DNA of 64,000 bases from the human T2T-CHM13v2.0 reference genome, Homo sapiens: the NCBI RefSeq assembly GCF_009914755.1, contig NC_060941.1. One strand, given 5' to 3'. Below the pieces are notes generated by a model, which was given only the letters and a program-made list of their open reading frames with translations, did not search any database and was not told where the DNA came from. A program made the position numbers and the translations under genes. Positions 53,145 to 64,000 of the stretch are shown here, in pieces (positions within the stretch are counted from its first letter, which is position 1; each line of letters opens with the position of its first letter).

Positions 53145-54105
53145 TCAGTCACCCCGGGCAGTGTCCCCGCTGTGGCCCTGTGGCAATGGCCACCAAGGTT
53201 GACAAAGAGGCTTGCTGGGAGGCCTACAACCTGGCGCGAGATGACGGCTTGGCCGTCATCTGGGTGACTTTTAAATATGACGGCTCCACCATCGTCCGTA
53301 TCGGGCAAGGAGTGGAATACCAGCACTTCATCCCACAGTGCACAGATGAGATCTGGTTGCTTGCCTTCGTGTGCGTCACCACGAGGGATGCCACCCTCAT
53401 CAGGTGGATCGGCGAGAATGTCAAGACCCTGGTGAAGGAGGTCATACAGGATTTCACTAAGGAGTTTGTGATCAGTGATCAGAAGGAGCTGGAGGGAGAT
53501 GTAATGAAAAGTGAACTGAAGAAGACTCCAGGTGGAGTAACCCCAGCTTCCCCACTGCCCCTTGCCAAAGTCATCTGTCTACTCCCCGGGGAAGGGGCCC
53601 TCAGGCCTCAGCTACCAACCCACCAGCCCACCAGGGAGAAAAGAATCCATGAGAGGCAGTGCCCGCCACCCTGTGTCCACAGCCCCCACCTTCCTGCTTC
53701 CCTTAGAACACTGCTGTGTCTTATCTCATGAAGCTTGTGGAACCCCTTTCTTTGATTTTTTTCTTTTCTCCCCCTCTCTTTTGTTCTAAAGAAAAATTAT
53801 TTTGATGCAAGGTCCTGCCTGTCATCAGATCCGAGGTGCCTCCTGCGGTAACCCCTTTTCCTGGCATTTCTCTTACATATAATGAGGCTGCCTAGTGGGA
53901 TCTGTGCAACCTCATGTTGCTTCTGGAGCCTAGATTTGTTTTGCCATCTCAGTTTTCTTGGGCCCCCCTTCCTGTTTACCACTGAGGGGCAGCTGGGCCA
54001 GGAGTGGCACCTGGTGATTGCAGCCTTCATAAGCACACAAGTCCATTCCTGTAGTCAGTCCCAGACCTCCTGGAGTCTGCCCCGGGCTCCCTCATCCCAC
54101 CTTCA

Positions 54106-54591
<486 letters not shown>

Positions 54592-54845
54592 TCAGGGTTC
54601 ACTTCAGGGCCTCCCAAAGCAATGAGGGTGTTAGGGAGAGAGGCCCAGGGTGGGGACTGGGAATTCAAGGAGAGCTGGGAACTGATCACTTAGGTTCAGG
54701 AAGCTTCTGTACAAGCAGTAAGGATGGCTTGGGCCAGAGGGCTACTCCCCCTGTGGTGCTAGCGGTGAGCAAAGCCCTGGGCTCACGGCACCGCTAAAGC
54801 TCATGGCTTCAATCCTACACCTGCACCACACATTCAAAAGGATCG

Positions 54846-55156
54846 TTTTTTGTTGTTTGTTTGTTTTTGTTTTTTCAGGCAGAGTTTCACTCTTGTTGCC
54901 CTGGCTGGAGTGCAGTGGTACTATCTCGGCTCACCGGAACCTCCACCTCCCAGGTTCAGGCCATTCTCCTGCCTCAGCCTCCTGAGCAGCTGGGATTACA
55001 GGTGCCCACCACCACGTCTGGCTAATTTTTGTATTTTTAGTAGAGACGGGGTTTCTCCATGTTTGTCAGGCTAGTCTCAAACTCCTGACCTCGTGATCCG
55101 CCCACCTCAGCCTCCTAAACTGCTGGGATTACAGGAGTGAGCCACCGTGCCCAGCC
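54846..55156 (-). mobile_element. AluS inside the COTL1 retrocopy 3' UTR
   Basis: Antisense dimer with (TTTG)n tail. Confidence 0.85.
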
Positions 55157-56559
55157 TGTTTTGTTTTTAAAGAAAGATGAGATTGTCTTGGTTCTTCATG
55201 AGAAAATTTTATATAGCTCTTTTTCTTTTTTTCCTTGCTCATTTCATTTTGGAAAAGAAATCTGTACTGTATTGGGATTACGAAGAACATCTCTGCACTC
55301 AAACAGCTTAAGAAAGAAATTTTGTTTTTCAAAAAAAAAATGAAAAGAAGAAAATTAAGAGTTCAGTTCTTCCATCGCAATAGCCACATTTCAGGGGCTT
55401 GTTAGCCGCACGGGGTGGCTGCTGTGTTTGACAGCGGACGGGGAGCATTTCCATCACTGAAGGAACCACCGGACAGGGCTGGTGTGGGGAGTGCACAGAG
55501 GGCTGGGGGCTGGATGGCCGAGGACAGCGACATCTGGGCTGTCCTGCTGAGAAGGGGTGGCCACATGGCGACACACCAGGAGGAGGGGACAGCAGGTTCA
55601 ATGTTGGCCAGATGGGGATGTGCTTGATGTGTTCAAAGGACAGAAAAGACAGACGGAGCAAGGGGAGAGGAGAGCAAGGTGGGGCTGGGGAGGTCAGCGG
55701 GGGGGCCTCTGGGGCCTGGGTAAACAGTTTTCTGCTTTACGTGGAAGGCGTCAGGAAGCCATGGGGAGAGGGGTTAAGCAGGGGAGTTGCATAGTTTGAA
55801 CAATATATGAAGAATGGATTTGTGGGGGCAAGAGTGGAAGGAAGGAGCCCTAGGGAGGAGGCTATTGTGTCACAGAGAGGAAGGTGACTGAGACCCGGGT
55901 GATACGGGGGATGGGGAACAGCCATAGCACAAGCCTCAGGGTTCTGGATCCAGCTGTGCCTGAAGTTGATCCCCCCTCTCCTCCCTTTCTCCTCTTGGTT
56001 ACTGGGCACTGACTGAAACACCCCTCATTACTACCACCCACCTATCCCCTCCCTCACAAAACACCTGACTGTCTCTCCTCCTGTCTCTGTGCAGAGCACT
56101 CAGAAGGGACCTAGGCTTCCCTCAGTGCCCTGGGTCCAATTTCTTTTCAGAACTTTTCCCCCCTGACTGCATCCCAGGGCTGATAAGATAGCCCTGTCTA
56201 GTCACCTTGGAGTCCTGGGAAGATACCTTAGGCCACCTGGTGTTTCACTTACTTTCCCCACCAGGACGATTTCCTGGAGCTGTGAGCAGGAGGCAGGAGG
56301 AACCAGCTGGCTCTGGGTCTGGGAGGTGGAGGCAATGAAAAGAGAAGGCTCAGCTTCAGTTGCAACCGTTGGGACTTTGGTTTTCTCTTAGGAAGAACTT
56401 CCCCTCTATAAAAGGGCCGATGCCATCCTCGTGCATTCGCAGCGGAGGGGATCTCCTAGGGTCCTAAGAATAAGGTGGAAAACCTGCTCCCTAGGGTGGG
56501 TACCGAGAGGCCAGCTCTGCTCCTCCAAAGCTGGGCACTCATTCTCCCTCAGGACCTTT

Positions 56560-56990
56560 GCAGCTGCAGTTCCCTCTGCCAAGACCCCAGGTGGCTCCTC
56601 CATCTCGCTCCAAAGTCTCCTCCTGAGTGGCGTTGTGGATTGCCTGATGAGCACGGCTCCCTCCTCGGAAGCACCTTGTCTGTCTCCTGTACTAGAACGC
56701 CAGCTCCACAAGGGCAGGGCGGTTGTTGATCTTGTTTCTCTCTGTCCCTTCCTGTCTGACACTGTGCCTGGCACATGGTGGATGTTCCCAGGAGGTTTCT
56801 GGAATGAGCAGATGTCTGGGGTGAGTGTGGGCAGGTGGCTGCCATGCATACAGAGCCTGCCAGGCCCTAGTGGGCTCAGACTCACCCTCTCACTGCACCC
56901 TCCCAATGGGGATCAGGACTTTGAGGCTTAGAGAGGTGAGGTCACTCACCCAAATGGCACAGCCAGTATGTGGTGGCCCTGGTCTGGAGA
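56560..56990. mobile_element. L2 and MIR fragments
   Basis: cagctccacaagggcagggc...actgtgcctggcacatggtggatg; gaggcttagagaggtgaggtcactcacccaa. Confidence 0.6.
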
Positions 56991-58719
56991 GGCCTGGAGG
57001 GGACTTGGGGGGGTTGGAGGCTGGGCCAGGGCCTGTGGACACGCTGCCTTTCCACATGACAGCTGTCCACCCATCCACAGGCCCTGCTTCCCCTGCCAAG
57101 TCCCACCTGGGGCTTCCCTGGCCACCTTAGGTCCTCAGGTACAATTGCACTGCAGGGCACTGGCCTGTGGCACACAGAAGCGGGCCCTGCAGCCCAGATT
57201 CACACAGCAAGTGAATGAGGCATAGCTGAAAACCGTGCGTATGGTGGCCTCAGCCGGGCCACACTGGGTAGACCCTGACTTGGGCAGGCATGTGGCTCCA
57301 CCCATCACTGGGCCGGCAGCCCTGCCTCCTGAGTGCACCTGCTACACCCAGGGCTTGCACCAGCTTTGGGGACAGGGGCCGCCTCTCCAAAGAATGCAGC
57401 TCATTGTCAGCGATGGGGCAGGATTCCTTCCCGATGGCCGCACCCAGCGGGGGATCTGTCCAGATGGACAAGGGCAGCTGAGTGAGGTGCCTGAGGAAAG
57501 CTGACCCCCTCCATCCTGTGATGGATCCTACCTGTGTCCACCCCATCCTGTCTGACTGCTTCAGCTCACTCTGTCTGTCCCAGCCAGTCTGGAGCCACAC
57601 TTCCTTGCAGCTCTGTGGCTCCTTCCAACTGCACGGCCTTCCCTGGGCCACTTCCCCTGCCTAGAAGGCTTTTTGCTCATTGTTTCCATTTCTGCTTGGT
57701 CTTGGTTACGTGGTCTTGGTTGGAGGATGGTCTCTCTGATCGACACCCCTGCGTGTGGGACCCTCTCCCTGTGGCCTCCATGTTCAAAATGTTCATTCTC
57801 ACCTGCCTCAGGGCCTTTGCACTTGCCATGCCCCAACCCAAGCTAGTCTTTCCAGGCCACTGCCTCTGAGCCACCTTCCCACTTCCCTAAACAGGCTCCT
57901 CTGTCCTTGGCCTGCAGGGCAGTTATGGTTGCCTTTGCATGTGGAGTCGGTGCTCACTATGGCACAGCCCTGCCTGTAAGCTGGGGAATCCAGCCATTGA
58001 GGAGTGCTTGCCAAAAGAATGAACGAGCATTATGATTCAGAAAGGGCCTGGACCCACATGTGTCCCCCAACACAGTGTGTGACCTGAGATGACAGCTCCC
58101 CCTCTGCACTGCATCTCCTCTGTCCACTGTGGTGGTAGGTCCCCAAGATCCCCAAGGGTCCTGCTGGCCCTCACCTTTGAAGCTCTGGGACACAATTATC
58201 AAGGGAGACCACTGCCTACACTCCCAGAGCTGAGAGCACAAACAAGCTCTTAAATCAATCAGCGACATCACCTTCCAAGTGAAGAAAACAGGACCTCTGG
58301 CCTAGACACAAGGACAGGGGAGAGGAGGCTGCAAACATCCCTGAGTGAGCTGGCTAGGAAGGGTCACTAGTTGCCTGGACCTGGAAGTTGAGGAACCCAC
58401 AGAGAAAAGCAGGGAATCTCAGCTGGAAGATGGGGACGATATCAACTCAGACCCTCAGACTCAACCTGGTGAGGGAGAGTGGATATATCAAGACTCCTTA
58501 CACCACCAAAATCAACTCTGGCTAAGTCCAGCCAAGGCAAAGCAAGCAAGGAATGTGCCGGGAGATTATAGGTTAGCTCACAGAAACAAAAGAAGAAGTA
58601 AAAAACCATATACTGGAAAGGACTGCTTTGGATATGAAATTTAGGTAGCCAAACTAATGGGAAGCCCTTGGATGAATGAAATCCCTCTGCTTCCATCCTC
58701 AAGTCACTCTACTCAAGAT

Positions 58720-59370
58720 CCAAATTTCCTTAATATATAAAGAGTTCCTACAGTCAATAAGACAAATGAAACTGCAATCGAAAATATGAAATAGAAAAAA
58801 TGTCCACGAGTATAGACATGAACAGATAGTTCACAGAGCAGGAAGTAGAAATGGCCCTTGAGCTGATAAACAATGTTTAGCCTAATTTATAACCAGAGAA
58901 GTGCAAATGGAAACTATAGTTCAAGCCCATTTTTCACTTATCACATTGGCAATTATCCAAAACTGTGATAACACTGTGTCACCGTGGGTGTGGGAGACAA
59001 GCTCTCTCCTGCATTACTGGTGGGAGTATAAACTGGTAAGGCCACTATCAACATTTTTTTTAATGCACATGCCTTTTGATCTGAAAACTTACTCCTAGAA
59101 ATGTACAGGGACACTTGCAAATGTGCTGATGGCCCTAGTACAAAGATATTTATTGTGGTGTGTTTCTCTTGTAATAGCAAGATTGGAAACAATCTAAATA
59201 CCCATCAATAGAGGTTGGTGAGCTCCATAATAATGTAGCCACTCAGTGAACTCTGCAACGGTGAAAAAGAAGAATGAGGTAGCTTTACATACTGCAGCCT
59301 GGAATGATCTTCCAGATAGACTATCCCATGAAAAAGCATGGTGCATGCATATTTGTGAAAGCCTCCATTT
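58720..59370 (+). mobile_element. Ancient L1ME-type fragment
   Basis: gacatgaacagatagttcacag...ggtgggagtataaactggt...ggaaacaatctaaatacccatcaatag. Confidence 0.7.
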
Positions 59371-62300
59371 CTGGTCTCTGAATTCAGAACGCTCACCTTT
59401 GTCTTGTGTGGCTACTGTCCACTCTCCACCGGCAGGTCACAGAAGTGTGACCCCTCGCACCTTTCTATGTGCCCCTTTCCTGGCCTGAATGGCCTTGGTT
59501 TCCAACTGTCCACACCTATGACTCTTTGCAGCAAGACTGTCATCAGGCTATTGGAGCCCCTTGGTCCTTTCTGCAGAGAGCTGGAAAAGTCCCCCTGCCG
59601 CAGGATGGCCCTTCACTAATGACTGACATGTGTATCCTTAGCTCAGGCTGGGAAACGGAGATGTGACTCCACTCCACAGTCCACAGAGGGACCTGCTTCT
59701 GTAGGATTTTGCCTGGGGCCACAGCCTTGCATGGCTTTTCCCCTCTCTGTCTGCTACCCCCGTTCCCTTACCGCTCTCCTTGGGTGCCGTCCTTCATCAG
59801 TCACTGCCATACAAATCAGGATCTACTTCTGGGGAACGTGACCCAGATAGCTGCCCCCTTACCCTGCTCCTTGCTTTTTGCAGGTAGGGTGTGCCTGTGT
59901 ATGCATGTGTATGATGCAACATGGGCACCATGGTTCTTCCCGTTTCACAGGTGGGGGACCTAGAGCTCCACGGCTCGCCTTAGGTCCCAGGTAGGAAGTG
60001 GCAAGCGACTTTGAAGCCAAGTAGTCTGGCTCCAAGGCCAAACTCACATCCACTGTTATATAGAAAATAGCCTAGAGAAGGAAAGCTCCAAGTGCAAGGA
60101 AAATCCGCATTATCAAAGCAGGCTAAGCAGGGAAGACCATTTATTTTCCCAAAAGATTCTATTCTGTGGTCTTCCCTTCATAAACACACATCCCACTGTC
60201 AGATGCAAATCCTAGAGCTAGAAATGGGGCATTCAAGGTAGACGGAGCTCCTAGGAACAGCACGTTTGCAGAGATGGGAAGTGACCCTCCCACTGGTTTT
60301 GGTTTCTCCATGGCTACAGGCAAAGCCTGCCTGCTCTGCATCCGGGGATCTTGGTCAGGTGTTGGAATCGGTGGGTGGATTGCCGGTACATTTGCACTGT
60401 GTCCTAGAGAGCCTCTATGCATTTCAACTCTGATTCTCCTTCACCATCTACGTGCAGCCCACAACCGCAGGACCCCGCCCCTGGCCCTGAATCTCCCATG
60501 TCCTGGCGCCAAGCAGGCGAGTCAGCCTAGGAGGAGGCAGGGCTCCCGGAAGCCAAGCCCATGCTGGGATGGTGAGAAACAACTTTCCTATGCAAGGAGG
60601 TGCCTGAGCACCCGCTGATGATCAAGCCGGAGCCCCCTCACCTCCCCGAAGTGTGGTGAAGGAAAGACAGGCCGGAAAGAGGTGGCAGTCTTCACCTGCT
60701 GTGGTTGAGTTTCTCACTCATGCCAAGTTTTACATAAGCTGGGGACCATGTGCTTCAAGGCTAGAGGTCTTGGCGGGCCCAGGGCCTTGGATGGGCCTGG
60801 ATGACCAAGGGGTCTGAGACTTAGGCCCTGGCTCTGCATGGGGAATCTTGGGAAGGTTGGAAGCCCACGGCCCCTACTGAGAAAGGAGCCACGGTCCAGA
60901 TCTTTTGCACAAATCCCACCTGTGCTCCTTGACCGCCCCTCCCCACCGGGGCCATGGTGACCACGCAGGCAGAAGCCTCCATCCGTTCACAGGACCAGCA
61001 TCCTGGGAGGACCCTGGCCTGAGCGAGCTGCTGCAGGGGACCCTCAGGCTGGATGGTTGGCCACTCGGCACCCTTTTCTCTGTGGAGCAGGGATGACATT
61101 TGAGAGCCACCAAAGATGGGCTGGAAAAACAAAGGCCACCACAAAGGAAGCTGAAGGCAGAAAGAGATGCAGAGAAAGTGGGAGAAACTCGGCTGTGCTT
61201 TGTGGGGGCCCTGCAGGGACATCGGCTCCTGAAGGGATGAGAGAAAGGGTCCCCTGAACTTTGACACTCTGTTCTTCTCAAGGCCTGGCCAGCCCTGTGG
61301 CTCCTTAGAGGAATCTGGGTGCCTTCTGTCCCTAGTACCTGACAAGCCCCAGGTGAGAAGACCTGAGCTCACCTGCGCTGCCACGTGTAACCTGATGGCC
61401 CCGGCACCCTCGCAGGGTTTGAATAGCTGCCCTTTCCACCTGTTTCCCGGATTTTCCACACCACCCAGAGGCTCATATTCAACCCCACAGCCTACAAGTC
61501 AGCCAGGGGCCTTTGGCCACATGTACTGATGATGAGAATCACTGGATTGTAAGCTGTAAAAGCACAAGGATGGTGTTTTGTTCCCCGCTACCCCCTGCAC
61601 CTGAGGCCCAGAGAGGATTGCTGCTCGGATGAAGGAGAGCGAGTGTTCGTGGAGCTCTTTGCAGAAGCCACGGGAAGCCCTTCCTGTGCCTTCTCAGGTT
61701 TAGTTCTCAGACAGCCCCACTTTCCAGATGAGGAAACGGAGGCTAAGAAAGGAGAATAAACTTGTCCAGAATCAGTGGTGAGGCTGGTATTTGAACCCCA
61801 TCCTGTTGGACTCAACACTTCCTCTGAAAAGACAGGATAAGGGAGCTGCCTACTTCTGGCTTTGGGAACCGGCAGAGAGGAGCAGAGTTGGGCCAGTCGC
61901 GTCACCTCCCAAGCTCTGCGGCACCCAAGGGTTCCCAGGGTCCTCTTCCTCCGTTTGGCTCTTTTCTTCTCTGGACTCTCCCACCTTCGAGGATTGGACT
62001 CCTTGCAGGGAGCGCAAAGCAGAGAACAGAGGAGGCCCATCTGAGGAGAGTGTGCTGGAGCAGATGGGGCACACAGAGAGCCCCCAAACCTGAGCCTCAC
62101 CTGGAGAGTGGCTCCCTGCAAGCTGAGCCCCTGTGTGCCCAGAAGTGACATAGGCATTCAGGAAAGGGACTGAGGGAGGAAAGAAGGAGCCATTCCTCTT
62201 CCCAGGGGCGCCTGCCCTGGGTTCCTGAGGGAGGCTCCATGTTTACATCTCCAAAGGCCAGTCCCAAACACGCCAGAGTGCAATGCCCTCCCTCAGACCC

Positions 62301-62420
62301 AGGGCCATCCTCGGAGCAGCCGGGAGGCAGCCTGTCCACTCTTACCGCAGGCAGGTCACCCAGGCAGCCTCCTCTTAGAGCTCCTGAATTCTGGAGCATC
62401 AAATAGAAATGTGAAAAACA

Positions 62421-62727
<307 letters not shown>

Positions 62728-63389
62728 TTAATGTGACAAAATGTTAACAATGGGTGAATGTAGGTAAGAGTATGTGGCAGGGTGTTTTTTCTTCTTGCAA
62801 ATTTTGTGTAGGTTTGACGTTACCTCAGAATAGCAAATATAAGAATGATTCCTGCAGACACACGAGTGATTTCAGCTGTTCACAGGGCTCAGGCAGGAAG
62901 CAGATCTCTTGCCCTCCCTCTGATCCAGGTCACTTAGTCCAGTCCCTGAAAGCAGTGGATGGACAACCATGCCACCCTCTTTCTTCCAATACACCTTATT
63001 TTGTATCCTGCCCTTTTTGTGTAGCATTAGATCATGAGCATTTTCCTCTGCTATAAATGTCCCCTCAAATATGTTGTTTCTTGTGACTCCCTAGTGTTCT
63101 ACCCATGATTTCCTCAGCTGCTCCACCTTGGTGGAATTCAGTGATTCTTCTGCCTTTTCACCATTGTAAGTGATGCTTTGATGAACAGCTTTGTAGGTTC
63201 ATCTGTGCTGCACCTCTGACCAGTCTCTTCTGGAAGAGTCTAAGGAAGGAGACAGAGGCATGGACCACTGGCTTTTGAAGGCATTCGGTGGGTCCTGCCA
63301 CGCCGCCTTCCAGCATTCCAGAAAGGTGGTCCCAGTGAACAACTCACCAGGGCGGGGCCCCACTCCACGGCACCCCAGCAAGGCCAGCA

Positions 63390-63610
<221 letters not shown>

Positions 63611-63689
63611 TTAGAATAATCTTGTACATGTTATTAACTTTAATTTTGCATGTAACTTTCTTAAAATGATTAAACTTTTCTCAGCATAT

Positions 63690-64000
63690 TCTCATCATTA
63701 AATATTATTTAAAACATTATTTTAAGGTTAGATAGTATTTTATCATATAAATAATTCATATTTACTAGTCCCCTGTTGTTGAACATATATGTATTATTGA
63801 ACCTTTATGTTCTTTCCAGTCTTTCAATATTCAAATACTTTTTCATCTCTTTCTTATTACTTACTTAGGAAAAATTTCTAGATGTGGAATTACTGAGTCA
63901 GAGGATAAATATTTTAAAGACTTCTAACATATTCAGCCAGATTGCCCTTCAGAAATATTATACCAATTTGTTCCAGCAGTCATGAGAACACGCACTTCCC
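63690..64000 (-). mobile_element. Ancient L1ME-type fragment
   Basis: ggaattactgagtcagagg...ccagattgcccttcagaaa...ccagcagtcatgag. Confidence 0.6.

Overview
Human/primate genomic DNA with no intact protein-coding gene that I can support. It is a segmental-duplication mosaic. The combination of keratin, TRE (TBC1D3/USP6-like) and CLP (COTL1) pseudogenes matches the Smith-Magenis low-copy repeats on 17p11.2, most likely the proximal copy; that placement and the numbered pseudogene symbols come from recall and need a BLAT check. Left to right: (1) an 8-exon KRT17 pseudogene (minus, ~1.1-6.2 kb); (2) a KRT42/K17n-like pseudogene lacking exon 1 (minus, ~8.0-12.3 kb); (3) an L1/LTR14/Alu junction; (4) two inverted genomic copies of YWHAE exon 3 (14.2-16.1 kb); (5) an AT-rich, repeat-rich block with a CpG-rich core, a GA-rich tract with a 33-bp VNTR and a Y3 RNA fragment; (6) a 12-exon TBC1D3/USP6-like pseudogene (minus, 32.3-39.7 kb); (7) a frameshifted CDRT15-like exon; (8) an SVA with a 3' transduction; (9) a solo LTR14; (10) a COTL1 retrocopy nested in a MER3; (11) an ordinary repeat-rich tail. 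The most interesting signals are the rearrangement scars: a ~717-bp direct repeat bracketing a 38.8-kb cassette, a ~730-bp-arm palindrome, and templated-insertion patches at 12.7 and 41.0 kb. Also notable are a TBC pseudogene that keeps the arginine finger and a COTL1 retrocopy that still has an open reading frame. I found no evidence of a wholly new functional system. Parent-protein and repeat-consensus comparisons are from memory, not from alignments I ran.
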